From: Schmidtea polychroa
Lineage: Eukaryota
Direction of reading: 5' to 3'
Assembly (NCBI GenBank): GCA_044892525.1
Contig: CM097885.1
Span: forward strand, 1,552,001-1,616,000
DNA: 64,000 nucleotides
Positions 1 to 20,409 of the stretch are shown here, in pieces (positions within the stretch are counted from its first letter, which is position 1; every line of letters begins with the position of its first letter). The position numbers and the translations under genes were made by a program. A model generated the notes under the pieces. That model searched no databases, had not been told where the DNA came from, and saw only the letters and a program-made list of their open reading frames with translations.

Positions 1-1690
1 TATATCTGCATTTTATCAGCATTATATCGGCATTATAACAGTATTATATCGGCATTATGTCAGCATTACGACTGCATCATATCTGCATTATATCAGCATT
101 ATATCGGCATTATATCGGCATTATATCAGCATTATATCTGCATTATATCAGCATTATGTCAGCATTATATCTGCATTTTATCAGCATTATATCGGCATTG
201 TATCAGCATTATATCTGCATTATGTCAGCATTATATCTGCATTTTATCAGCATTATATCGGCATTATAACAGTATTATATCGGCATTATGTCAGCATTAC
301 GACTGCATCATATCTGCATTATATCAGCATTATATCGGCATTATATCTGCATTATATCGGCATTATATATGTATTATATCTACGCTATTTCAGCATTATA
401 TCTGCTTTATATCTGCATTATATCAGCATTATATCGGCATTATATATGTATTATATCTACGCTATATCAGCATTATATCTGCATTATGTCAGCATTACAT
501 CTGCATCATATCTGCATTATGTCAGCATTATATCTGCATTATGTCAGCATTACCACTGCATCATATCTGCATTATATCAGCATTATATCGGCATTATATC
601 TGCATTATATCGGCATTATATCAGCATTATATATGTATTATATCTACACTATATCAGCATTATATCTGCATTGTATCAGCATTATATCGGCATTATAACA
701 GTATTATATCGGCATTATGTCAGCATTACATCTGCATCATATCTCCATTATGTCAGCATTACATCTGAATTATATCGGCATTATATCAGCATTATATCTG
801 CATTGTATCAGCATTATATCGGCATTGTATCAGCATTATATCTGCATTATGTCAGCATTATATCGGCATTATATCTGCATTATGTCAGCATTACATCTGC
901 ATCATATATGCATTATGTCAGCATTACATCAGCATTATATCTGCATCATATATGCATTATATCTGCATTATGTCAGCATTACATCTGCATCATATCTGCA
1001 TTATGTCAGCATTACATCTGCATCATATATGCAATATGTCAGCATTACATCAGCATTATATCTGCATCATATATGCATTATATCAGCATTATATCTGCAT
1101 TATGTCAGCATTACATCTGCATCATATCTGCATTATGTCAGCATTATATCTGCATTTTATCAGCTTTATATCGGCATTGTATCAGCATTATATCTGCATT
1201 ATATCGTCATTATATATTATTATATCTACACTATATCAGCATTATATCGGCATTATATTTGCATTATGTCAGCATTATATCTGCATTATATCAGCATTAT
1301 ATCGGCATTGTGTCAGCATTATATCTGCATTATATCTGCTTTATGTCAGCATTACATCTGCATCATATCTGTATTATATCAGCATTATATATGCATTATA
1401 TCCGCATTGTATCAGCATTATATCGGCATTATGTGGGCATTGTATCAGCATTATATCGACATTATATATGTATTATATCTACACTATATCAGCATTATAT
1501 CTGCAATATATTAGCATTACATCAGCATTATATCTGCTTTATGTCAGCATTATACCTGCATTATGTCAGCATTACATCAGCATTATATCTGCATTATGTC
1601 AGCATTACATCAGCATTATATCTGCTTTATGTCAGCATTACATCTGCATTATGTCAGCATTACATCAGCATTATATCAGCATTATAAAAG
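1..1690. repeat. 11-bp minisatellite (TATATC[T/A/G]GCAT and variants), in the intron upstream of the helicase exon
   Basis: Continuous degenerate 11-mers tatatctgcat/tatatcagcat/tatatcggcat/tatgtcagcat; they produce the spurious 'ISALY/HYICI' ORFs. Confidence 0.95.
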
Positions 1691-1718
1691 CATTATATAT
1701 TTCCCCTTTATTTATTAG

Positions 1719-2332
1719 GATACCGGGATAATGAACGAGATCAAAAAGCATAAATTTGTGTCTGTCGAACCCAAGAGCTCCGTTGAAATGGAAAATTGTA
1801 TGGCTCAGTTTTATAAAAAGATCAAAACTGGAGCTCTGTTATTTGCTGTTTATCGAGGGAAGGCCAGTGAAGGTATCGATTTTGCAGATGATGCAGCGCG
1901 CCTGGTGATCACAGTCGGTATTCCATACCCGTCAATCGCAGATCCGAAAGTGTGGTATTCACAGATGGAATCGATAATATATTTCTATCATATTAGATTG
2001 TACTCAAAAGGTCCTACAATGATAAGAAAAATCAGGAACGCAGAGGGGAACAAGAACAGAATTTGTCGGGTCATCAATGGTATAACGTGCAAGCATTCAG
2101 GGCTCTCAATCAGGCGATTGGACGTTGCATCCGGCACCGTTGCGACTGGGGTGCCATGCTAATGGTGGATTCTAGATTCGATGGATGTAATCCCTCCTAT
2201 GGTGATGGGCTTTGCAAGTGGATGAAGCGGCGCAAAGCTCACTACGATATATGGAATGAATTTATCTGGGATTTGGTTAAATTTGTGGAGAGATTGTCAC
2301 CAGTCGAGAAAGAAGGCGGGATCTTAGGTTAA
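1719..2332 (+). CDS. BRIP1: FANCJ/BRIP1-like DEAH Fe-S helicase, last two exons (1719-1949, 1997-2332); 5' part lies outside the window
   Basis: Acceptor AG at 1717-18; 47-bp GT-AG intron 1950-1996 joins the frames. Motifs FAVYRGKASEGIDFADDAARLVITVGIPYP and QWYNVQAFRALNQAIGRCIRHRCDWGAMLMVDSRF are XPD-family helicase C-terminal motifs, closest to the FANCJ pattern (RTEL1 not formally excluded). Confidence 0.85.
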
Positions 2333-2336
2333 TAAA

Positions 2337-2680
2337 TTTGATTGGTTTTTGATACTGTTCTTATTTGATTGGTTTTTGATACTGTTCTTATTTGATTGGC
2401 TTATGATAATGTTATTTGATTGGCTTATGATAATGTTATTTGATTGGCTTATGATACTGTTCTTATTTGATTGGTTTTTGATACTGTTCTTATTTGATTG
2501 GCTTATGATACTGTTCTTATTTGATTGGCTTATGCAACTGTTCTTATTTGATTGGCTTATGATACTGTTCTTGTTTGATTGGCTTATGATACTGTTCTTA
2601 TTTGATTGGCTTATGCAACTGTTCTTATTTGATTGGCTTATGATAATGTTATTTGATTGGCTTATGATACTGTTCTTGTG
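2337..2680. repeat. 27/24-bp tandem repeat (TTTGATTGGCTTATGATACTGTTCTTA)
   Basis: About 13 visible units; source of the 'SQSNKNSII' and 'LFDWLMILF' ORFs. Confidence 0.9.
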
Positions 2681-2699
2681 TAGGTTATTGTGGATCATC

Positions 2700-3900
2700 A
2701 TCTAGAGGTTCTACTAGATATTGTACTCCTTCTAATCTTGGTAGAGATAACTGAGTAAATTTGTAGATGGTGAGGTTCTTACATTAGGAAGTTGAAAATA
2801 CTGGACAACGTTTTAATCTGGGTGATATTATCCCGCACTTTATTTCTGAACCATCGTATTCTGACACTTGACTTCTATCAAATATTTATTTTGAGACTTC
2901 GTAAGGTGGTTGGTAATCTTTAATTGGAGCTCTATTTCGCTGAGAATTCCGTTTTTTTTGTTATTGGTTCTTTTAAGTTCTCTACTTTGTCTACTTGATC
3001 CATTATTTGAACCCCCATTACCTCCTCCCTTTGAATTGTTACCGTCCTGATAACTCGGATTATCCTCCATTTCCATTCTCACAACTTCATGTTTGATTAG
3101 ACCTTTATGCTTAATCTGCTTTATCTCTCCTCTATGGTGCTTGAAAGCTATAAATTCTGCACGCATAGGACACAATCCTAGTAATGGCCCCCACATCCTA
3201 AAGTGGACCCCCAGGCCAGGCCAAACTATATACCGCTTGATGCTCTACAGGAATTAGGATAAAATAGGGTGGACTAAATGATGGCAAGAATGTAACATTA
3301 GGAATTTATTAAAAATGAACTACAGTTTTTAGCTTTACATTTACACATCTCATCACAGGTGTAACTCCTGCCCAAATTGATGGTTTCGTCCAAGTAGATT
3401 TTAGACCGAATGCCCTTTCCGCAATCAATGATAATTGATACGAAAACTTACCGACGTGCTCATTCACATTTTGATTTCGATTATAAAACTGTTGTCTGAA
3501 TAATTTACCTGCATCTCCAAGTAATATTCTAGCTGTGATGGATTCTCTCCATTCTGCTCAATTCTTTGGTGCTGTTGCTGCTGCCATAATATCATTATAT
3601 TTTCTCTTGCTAACCCTTTGAGGTAAATAGGTAATCGCTGCATCATTATATTATCGGGATATACGGATATGCTTTACACGCTTGATAATACTCTGACATG
3701 AACTCTGGAAACTCTCCAGGATCACTGCTAAATGTCTTATCATGCAAATTCACATTTTCCTCGACCATTTGTTGATCTAGTGAGATTTTGTCGGGCTCAC
3801 TAAAATATTAGGTTCTGATCTGGTGGATAGAATCTTCCTAACACAGACTTATATACCTGACTCCAAAGATATATAAATATATGTGCGTGTAAATATATAA
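2700..3900 (-). mobile_element. Degenerate LTR-retrotransposon gag, PBS remnant and U5 end; relative of the element at 59684
   Basis: Minus-strand peptides KTFSSDPGEFPEFMSEYYQ, MQRLPIYLKGLARE and RILLGDAGKLFRQQFYNRNQNVNEHVGKFSYQLSLIAERAFG align with Gag at 61000-61340 (KPFSGNPGEFPEFMSEYFQ, ILRLPLYLKGMARE, RILPGDATRVLRQQFYNRRQNSGEHVGEFSYQIMMLAERAFG). PBS remnant tagtgagcccgac near 3790-3802. Frameshifts are present. Confidence 0.85.
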
Positions 3901-4232
3901 TTAAATAGATATGAATTAACCAAGACTTTTATGTTTTTAAAGATGGACAAAAAATTTTAATGGACAAAATATACAAATTGATAATTTTGTGTTCCAAAAA
4001 ATGCCGCTAAATACTAAAGTAAATAAATCGGTTATTCGAACCATCCTCAGAATAAGGACAAACGCTGGAACTAATGCCTCTCAGCATTATATAAAATAAT
4101 AGATCAAGATGGAGGGTGTTTCCTGCAATTTGCGTGTTAGTTTAGATCAAGAGTGATCTAACGTTTCTAATACTGTCCCCTCTCAAGGTTTAATCCCAAC
4201 GAGAAAGGCAGACAGAAATGATGCTTCTCGTG

Positions 4233-4239
<7 letters not shown>

Positions 4240-4303
<64 letters not shown>
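4240..4303. repeat. (TA)n microsatellite
   Basis: Directly visible. Confidence 0.95.
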
Positions 4304-4311
<8 letters not shown>

Positions 4312-4406
4312 GTATCTTTTATTTATAATAACTATTTTTACTAATTATGGTAATTATTTCTTATCTTAACTTATAGTAATTATTAATTATTTATACCTAT
4401 TATTAT

Positions 4407-5637
4407 TGTTGGGTTATTGGGTTGGTGACAATGTTTATGAATTCAAATTTATACTCTGACTTCAAAGCATGTTTATTAATTCACAAATTAACACTCTTGA
4501 ACACGATAAGCTTTATTAATATTCACAATAAATCGCACAAATTCTAATTACAATCAATTAATCACACAGAGCTTATTGCGACACTACGTGAAGAATAGCC
4601 CTTTCTGTAACCACAATAATCACTAGCTGTCAACCACTCAATTACAAGGTATGTTGATCGATTGTTCTCTTTGCTTTAACCAAAATTTATTTACTCCACT
4701 TCTACTTTATATTCAAATTTACAAAAGATTCTCGTCACTTCTTGTTTCACTCTGTTTAATTCTCTCCTTTAAATTCTAAGTTTAAAATTAAGTTCCTTTG
4801 ATTCTCCTTTTTACTCATTAAATTTAATTCTCCTTTAAACTCTCGTTTTCTTCTCTCGCTATCTCGGTTTTTGTTTCTAATTTTTGTCTGGTTTCTCGGC
4901 CAACAGTTAATCTTTATATAGCCCGTTTCATTTGTGGCACTAGAAACAAATTTTGTTTTTCAATTTCCTCTATATTTCCCGCTATGTCATCCTTATCTCT
5001 GACATATGTCGAGATATGCCCTGTTTTCCCTTTCCATGTTGAGCCGACTTTTCCTGCCATTTCGCTATCTTAAACAGATTGTCAAAATACGGCTTTCCCC
5101 TTATTTGTCTTTCTCTGCAATCTGAAATTCCTCCTTTGTTTGTACTTTTTAATTAAAAATGACCTTTGTTTTAATTTTTTGTTTATTTTCTTTTCTTTGA
5201 TTTATCTCTCTCAGCTTTCTTTTCTGAGTTCTCATAGATCGTCCCGTTTGTCATGAAGATTCTTCCCCCAGGTAATTTACTTATTTATTATGTCATTTAT
5301 CATTTAGGTATTCTCAACATTATTACAATTATGACCCTTGTAACTATATGGCTGTCAAAATTGCTCCCTGAGCGAGCCCCTCCAATCAGTCTATTTTCTC
5401 TCGCAGAAGCCGGTTTTCCTCTGCCTGCTTCTTGTTGACTGCGATTTTATCAGCGTAAAAATAACATGGCTTTATCGGGGTAGTCACGAGGCTAATTGAT
5501 AATCAAATGAAGGTAAAAATGGCTTAAGACAAATGAGGCTCAGATTTCCATCTCAATAACATCAAAAGTAAAAAGAAAACAATGTGGGAAATAGGTGGTT
5601 ATTTTGTGGGGAAAATCCTGGCTCCTGCCGGTCAATA
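4407..5637 (-). mobile_element. Putative solo LTR (~1.23 kb)
   Basis: Termini TGTTG...CAATA (TG...CA with one change), flanked on both sides by TTAT (4403-06, 5638-41). Minus strand has TATA-like CTATATAAAG near 4915 and AATAAA near 4515. Confidence 0.55.
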
Positions 5638-5823
5638 TTATGATTAACCAAAATTATTGTTATTGTTATTAACAAAATTTGTTACTATTATTAATACTAC
5701 AATTATCACTATTAATCTCCCCAAGTCGTTATTGAAAATTGAAATTGAAAAGGATTATCTTGTAGTCGAAAATTTTCCTTTATATTAAATATATTATTCA
5801 CAGCAAAAGACTTAAATTATCTT

Positions 5824-5859
<36 letters not shown>

Positions 5860-5862
<3 letters not shown>

Positions 5863-7060
5863 CAATAAAATGATAATTTAAGCCTTTTGCTGCAAATAAT
5901 GTATTTAATGCAAAGATTTTTGACTATAAGATAGTCCTTGTCAATCTCCTGGAATTTAGCAATCTTCTTCCCGAACATACATTTCCATCTTTCTTTTATT
6001 TCCTTTTTCTTCTCATTGGTTATAAATATAATATAATATAATGATATACTTTCTTTTTCTGAATTTTTAAAAATTTTATTTAAAATTCAAAAAAACAACT
6101 AAAATTTTTAAATTTCTAAAGCTTCTATAATTAGCAGTTAGAAGCCTAACAAAATATTTTAAAACATTTTTAAATCCTATCTTTTGAAAGTATATTTCCT
6201 AAAAGTTTCCATATTATTTTAATTATTGCTTTTCTTAATTTATTATATTTTTTATATATTATCAGATATTCTCAAGGTAAATGACAACAGATCAAATTGA
6301 TAATTTCATTGATTTCTTCTTTAGTGTTGATTTCTGGCCGTCTGTTTATGGTGAGAATTGCTTCTTTGAATCTGATATTTTCTTTCTGGATGTTACCATT
6401 ATCTATGATTTCGATTGAAATACTTTTTCTTTCGTTTGGTGGTTGACATTGTTGGAGATGTCTGTTTATCGAGGATTTTCCACCAGGATCCAGATGTTCT
6501 TTAACTCTTTGGTACAAAGTCCTGAGTGTACTTCCAATGTATTTTTCCTTGCAAAAGACAATGTGTTTTCTAAAGCACATATCTTTCGGTGTTTGGCAGT
6601 TTTTTATTGTGCAATTGTTTTCTCTATTTGTGTTTTTTGCCAGAGCTTTTCTCAATGTCCAAGATTTATGTTCTATCCGAATTGGAAGACCGGTGCGTTC
6701 AAGTTCTTTCTGGATCTTGAAGTTGAGTATGTCACTGATAAATGAGATATTAAGATAGAAATATTTCTTCTTCTTTTGTGTTAATTCCCTAGATCTTATT
6801 GAGATAGAATTCAATCTTTCAATGTCCTCATCTTGGTATCCGTTTCTCTGTAAGATTCTATTGAAATTTGATTGCTGTTTGAAGTTCTCTTTTTCTTCAG
6901 TACATCGATTGGCTATTCTTTTGTTTCGCGTTTTTTTATGACATATACTTTCTGTAATTATGGAAGCGCTGATCTTTGATGCATAAATATTTCTTTGCGA
7001 GCTGGTTTTCTGTATGTTGGAGTATTTGCTTTTATTTTAATTCTTAAATCCAATAAATCC
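5860..7060 (-). mobile_element. Penelope-like retroelement, 5'-truncated: RT C-terminus, GIY-YIG endonuclease and 3' pLTR
   Basis: LLDLRIK...YRKPARKEIFMHQRSALP (RT thumb region), then C-x4-C-x6-C linker and KYIGSTLRTLYQRVKEH...IRFKEAILTINRRPEIN (ORF 6272-6814), a GIY-YIG domain of PLE type; disrupted by stops. Confidence 0.9.
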
Positions 7061-7061
7061 A

Positions 7062-7557
7062 ATAAAATCGAAATCAAAGCCATTTGTAACATCCTGTAAA
7101 ATAATGTCAAGTTCAAAGAAGCAATTTTCATTATAAACAGGCGGTTAAAAATCAACACTAAAAAAGAAATCAATGAAATCATCAATTTAATTTGTTGTCA
7201 TTGACCTTAAGAATAACTGACAATATATAAAAAATATAATAAATTAAAAAAAATAATAATTAAAATAATATAGAAATTTTAGGAAAAGAGGATTTAAAAA
7301 TCAAAATTGACACATTTATTGAAATACTTAAATAGCGTATATAAATAGTTATTGGAGGTTTTATTTTGTAAATATTTTAAAATATTTTATTAAAATGGGC
7401 TTCTAGGGCCCGAATATAGAAGCTTTAAAAATTAAAAAATTTTAGTTGGTGTTATTTTGAATTTTAAATAAAATTTTTAAAAATTCAGAAAAAGAAAGAT
7501 AGAAATGTATGTTCTGGAAGGAGATTGCTAAATTTCAGGAGATTGACAAGGACTAAC
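7062..7557 (+). mobile_element. Inverted copy of the Penelope-like 3' end (EN C-terminus and pLTR)
   Basis: Matches the reverse complement of ~5930-6420 (aatcaacactaaa..gaaatcaatgaaat..tgttgtcatt; gattgctaaatt.caggagattgacaaggacta) and runs into (AAT)n. Confidence 0.85.
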
Positions 7558-7633
<76 letters not shown>

Positions 7634-7859
7634 TAATAATAATAATAATAAATCATAATAATAAATCATAACAAATATTATTATACAAAATGAACACATG
7701 GAGAAGAACATGGTGACCATCCAGCATTTATTTGTCCAACAAATCCAATATTTGCTCATTTGATCATTTCAAAAGATTTCTTGAATGAGAATTCATTTAA
7801 AAAAGATAAAATATTTTGAAGCGTTATATAAAATTTCTATAAAAAATAAAGAGTGAGCT

Positions 7860-15327
<7,468 letters not shown>

Positions 15328-15964
15328 ATTCTAGTTTTACAAACGTTAGCAACAATGCCGCTGCTCAGCATTACCATTAGATATATCACCACCAGTTGAC
15401 CAATAGGAATCCAACTCTTCTCAACTTATCATAATTATTATTATTATCATAATTATTATTGTTCTTATAATAATTATTGATGTGTTGTTATGTGACATAA
15501 TTTGTTATCTCTCTCATCTCATTTGTGCTTGCCAGTAGTCATATTATTATGAATTCATTGTCAAATATTCACTTAGTTATGCAATAATTATATAATTTCA
15601 TATATGACATCTCCTACATAATATTTATTCACATCCACCACCCCAATGATAGGGCTAGGATACGTACCAAATTGTTCATTGGGGGACTGGATACACTTGA
15701 AGGGCTTCAGGACTTATTTTAGGTGGAAATATTTCATTTTATCAATAAAGTATGAGCATCATGACTTACATTATTATTTGTCTGCATTATATTTCTATAA
15801 ATGATTCCGCCATTGACAAATATTTTTTAAAATTTATTATTATAATTATTATTATTAAAGTGATGATTTATTTGTAGCAGCATTTATTATTTAAAACAAT
15901 AAAATGATAATTCAAGCCTTTTGCTGCGAATAATGTATTTAATGAAAAATTGTCCAATATAAGA

Positions 15965-15965
15965 A

Positions 15966-16022
<57 letters not shown>

Positions 16023-16027
16023 CAATA

Positions 16028-16063
<36 letters not shown>

Positions 16064-16104
16064 TATTATTACTATTATTATTATTATTATTATTATTATC
16101 AATA

Positions 16105-16180
<76 letters not shown>

Positions 16181-16207
16181 CAATATCATCATTATTATTA
16201 TTATTAT
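15965..16207. repeat. (ATT)n microsatellite
   Basis: Directly visible. Confidence 0.95.
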
Positions 16208-16514
16208 GACTATTTTAAACAATTAAATGATAATTTAAGCCTTTTGCTGCGAATAATATATTTAATACAAATGAAAAACTAAAATTTAACTTAACATTTA
16301 GCTTAACATTTAATTAATGATGCTGCCAAGAAATCATTCCCTCATACCATAATCATGATCATTACTGGCCTCTATGCTATTTTTGATGTTGTAAATTAAG
16401 TATCGTTTTTGAGATCAACAAATTATTTCTTTAGAGTACTAAACCAACCTTTAGAATCATTATTTGAGCCTTATCGCTGTTGTTTGTTTTTCATTTTTCT
16501 CGGTCGAATCATTT

Positions 16515-16960
16515 AATAATTTATATATGATTAATTGATATATTATTTTAATTTATGTATTTTTAATTTATGTATTAATAATTTATATATTATTAATTTA
16601 TATATTATTAATTTATATATGATTAATTTATATATGATTAATTGATATATTATTTTAATTTATGTATTTTTAATTTATGTATTAATAATTTGTATATTAT
16701 AAATTTATTTATTATTAATTTATATATGATTAATTGATATATTATTAATTTATATATTATTAATTTATATATTATTAATTTATATATTATTTTAATTTAT
16801 TTATTATTAATTTGTATATTATTAATTTATATATTATTAATTTATATATTATTAATTTATATATGATTAATTTATATATTATTAATTTATATATTATTAA
16901 TTTATATATTATTAATTTATATATGATTAATTTATATATTATTAATTTATATATTATTTT
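16515..16960. repeat. 15-bp AT-rich minisatellite (TTAATTTATATATTA)
   Basis: Directly visible; gives the 'IIYKL' ORF. Confidence 0.9.
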
Positions 16961-17287
16961 AATTAAAATTGAAAACATGATATAATTTTGGTTTGAAATA
17001 AAAAATCATTGAAAATAAAGGAAATTGAAAATAGCTTTGAAATAAAAAACTAAACAGAACAAGAAAATAACGGAACAAGAAAATATTGGAAGATATGATG
17101 AAAGATGAGGCTGGTGCGTATTATTATTTTTTAGTTTAATAAAAGTTGTTAAAATTTTATTATTTTGTTGTAACTTTACCTTATAATAAGAACAATCCAC
17201 TTGGCGAATTTATCGCCCTTTTACCCGCTTTTACACATCTTAAAAGGTTTTTATATAAATATTTTCAAATTTTTTATCAGAGGCTTC

Positions 17288-18326
17288 CTTTATCATAGGC
17301 ATCTTGCTCCCTTTATCAGTGGCATCTTGCTCCCTTTATCAGCGGCATCTTGCTCCCTTTATCAGTGGCATCTTGCTCTCTTTATCAGCGGCATCTTGCT
17401 CCCTTTATCAGCGGCATCTTACTCCCTTTATCATAGGCATCTTGCTCCCTTTTTCAGCGGCATCTTGCTCCCCTTATCAGTGGCATCTTGCTCCTTTTAT
17501 CATAGGCATCTTGCTCTCTTTATCAGCGGCATCTTGCTCCCCTTATCAGTGGCATCTTGCTCCCTTTATCAGCGGCATCTTGCTCCTTTTATCATAGGTA
17601 TCTTGCTCCCTTTATCAGTTGCATCTTGCTCCCTTTATCAGCGGCATCTTACTCTCTTTATCAGCGGCATCTTGCTCTCTTTATCAGCGGCATCTTGCTC
17701 CCTTTATCAGTGGCATCTTGCTCCCTTTATCAGTGGCATCTTGCTCCCTTTATCATAGGCATCTTGCTCTCTTTATCAGCGGCATCTTGCTCCCTTTATC
17801 AGCGGCATCTTACTCTCTTTATCAGCGGCATTTTACTCCCTTTATCAGCGGCATCTTGCTCCCTTTATCATAGGCATCTTGCTCCCTTTATTAGCGGCAT
17901 TTTACTCCCTTTATCAGCGGCATCTTGCTCCCTTTATCATAGGCATCTTGCTCCCTTTATCAACGGCATTTTACTCCCTTTATCATATTCACCTTGCTCC
18001 CTTTATCAGCGGCATCTTGCTCCCTTTATCAGCGGCATCTTGCTCCCTTTATCAGCGGCATCTTGCTCCCTTTATCAGCGGCATCTTGCTCCTTTTATCA
18101 TAGGCATCTTGCTCCCTTTATCAGTTGCATCTTGCTCCCTTTATCAGCGGCATCTTGCTCTCTTTATCAGCGGCATTTTGCTCCCTTTATCAGCGGCATC
18201 TTGCTCCCTTTATTAGTGGCATCTTGCTCCCTTTATCAGCGACATCTTGCTCCCTTTATCATAGGCATCTTTCTCCCTTTATCGGCGGCATCTTGCTCCC
18301 TTTATCAGCGGCATCTTGCTCCCTTT
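17288..18326. repeat. 23-bp minisatellite (GGCATCTTGCTCCCTTTATCAGC), ~45 copies
   Basis: Period 23 (17321 to 17344); no unique spacers. Confidence 0.95.
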
Positions 18327-18825
18327 AGCAACTGGAACTGGATAGCTTACTGGATGGCTTAGGATTAAATTGATCGCATATATAAGCGAATGATTCGCCT
18401 GTCCATCAATTCACATATATCTCAACTTGCAATATTTAACAAGGTTAGTTACCATTAAATAAATTTATGCATAAATGCTCACCATTTTGTTTCTATTTTC
18501 GCTTTGATTTGTACTTTTATTTTTGAAAGGTTATTGAACATTTGAATGTTTTGTAACTTTGTTGAACTATCTATTCGCCAGTTCTGACCTGGGGGCACAA
18601 AACGCCATCATTCAGAGTCCCATTTGTCCTGTTACCTCTGAACGTTTATTAAAATTACTTGAAAATAGAAAATAAATTAGGATTACGACAAAAAACTTAT
18701 TAATGATAAACTTTCAAAATATATTTTATGTTTTTATTTTTATCTAACGCCATCTTTGATAGCGCATGTTAATAAATCGCTATTATAGTTATAGGATATA
18801 GTTATACCCATGTCAAATTGTGGTA

Positions 18826-19135
18826 GAGGGAGGGTTAGGAGAGAGGAGGGGAGGGGAGGAAAGGTGTGGAGGGAGGAAGGGCATGAGAGAGGAGGGATTG
18901 AAGGAGGGGAGGAAGGAGGTGAGGAGAGAGGAGGGGAGGGGAAGAAAGGACGGGAGAAAAGGACGGGAGGGGAGGGGAAGAAAGGACGGGAGAAAAGGAC
19001 GGGAGGGCAGGAGAGAGGAGGGGAGGGAGGAAGGGCAGGAAAGGAGGGGAGGAAGGGAGGGAAGGAAAGGAGGGGAGGAATGGAGGGGAGGAATGGAGGG
19101 GAGGGAAGGATATGAGGGAAGGAAGGGAGGGGAAA
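18826..19135 (+). repeat. Polypurine G/A-rich low-complexity tract
   Basis: Almost exclusively G and A with many GGG runs. Confidence 0.85.
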
Positions 19136-19249
19136 GCACAGTAGACATATCTCGATTGATATCATGGAATATAGATAAAATTTCCTAAAACAAATGTCAC
19201 AGATAGAAAAGATAAATAAATGAAATATGTATCAAAACGTCATTTATAA

Positions 19250-19500
19250 ATATATGGGTAATTTTGCATCTGGGGGCTACTGGGTAATTTGATATCTGGG
19301 CGCAATGGGTAATTTTGCATCTGGGGGCCACTGGGTAATTTGATATCTGGGAGCAATGGGCAATTTTGCATCTGGGGGCCAATAAACAATTAGCAATTTG
19401 GGGTTAATAGGCAATTTTTATCTGGAGTCCAATCGGCAATTTTGCGACTGGGGGTCACTGGGCGATTTCGCATTTGGGGCAAGAAGGCAATTTGGAATTT
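19250..19500. repeat. Degenerate tandem repeat (TGGGTAATTTTGCATCTGGGGGC-like)
   Basis: Alternating tgggtaattttgcatctggggg and tgggtaatttgatatctggg units. Confidence 0.7.
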
Positions 19501-19707
19501 GGGACAAAATTACATTATTGCTCTTTTATATTTCAAATTATTTCTTATCAACTTTTATTTTTTGGATATACAGTCAACTGCTTTTATTGCAAACCTTTGA
19601 AGGTTAGGAAATGAGTTTATAGGCCATATGCATTTCCCTAGAGGGAGAGGGCTATCCAATGAGACGGTCCTGATTTTCAATCATTGTCTTTATGAAATTT
19701 CCATTTT

Positions 19708-20135
19708 CTATCAGTAAGAAAGTTAAAGAAATTTAAAAAATAGTTTAAAAAAAAGTTAAAAGATTTTTCGATATTCTGAAGATTTTTGTGATCGAAATAA
19801 TTTCAAATGTTAATTTAGTGTCAACCTAAATTTTCTGGTCATTTGTTTCTATTAGTTTCTTGTATGATGGCCATCTATGGTCGGTGGTGACCTTCACTAT
19901 GACCATCACGGTGAACATCACAATGAGCACATCCAACACGGATCAACTTGCATTAACCATGCTGATATCGAGCTCGCCATTGTTAATAATAATAATAATA
20001 ATGATAAAAATTATTAAATTAATTTATTTGAAACATGCACATAATTAATTATTGATGAAATTCGATTTGTTTTAATAAACTCGATTATGGACAAATTTTG
20101 AATTTTATTAAATTAATTATATTATTTATTATATA
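19708..20135. repeat. Internally deleted copy of the dispersed repeat at 26857-27810
   Basis: Shared blocks tatcagtaagaaagttaaagaaattta; aagatttttcgatattctgaagatttttgtgatcg...gagctcgccattgt; aaaattattaaattaatttatttgaaacatgca...ctcgattatggacaaatttt. Confidence 0.85.
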
Positions 20136-20409
20136 AATACATTAGTAGATGGATTGGGGCTCTCTGGATCACATAAACCTCTCTTCGGTAAAAATTTTTT
20201 TTAAAGTTCAAAGTCAAATTTTAAACAAAGACCATGACTCATCAAGGTCATATTATTATTTTTAAAAAATATTATTAAGTGATATAAAAATTATTATTTT
20301 CAAGGTCAAAATTTTTTTTATTGTTCTTAAATGTGTACAATTGGTGATTCCGCATCCCTATCCTGCTTTGTGGCACAGAAAATATTACGTTGTTATTGTA
20401 TCATTCTAA

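Noticed and set aside
57..1731. Long ORFs (up to 413 aa) of ISALY/HYICI repeats
   Set aside because: Open in several frames because the 11-bp minisatellite lacks stops; no domain content.
17201..18362. 23-bp array as a CRISPR array or coding repeat
   Set aside because: Units are head-to-tail with no unique spacers, there are no cas genes, and the context is eukaryotic. The same applies to the 26-bp array at 24246-24695.
18740..19188. Pro-rich and Gly/Arg/Glu-rich ORFs; functional G-quadruplex
   Set aside because: Low-complexity polypurine tract; no evidence of function beyond composition.
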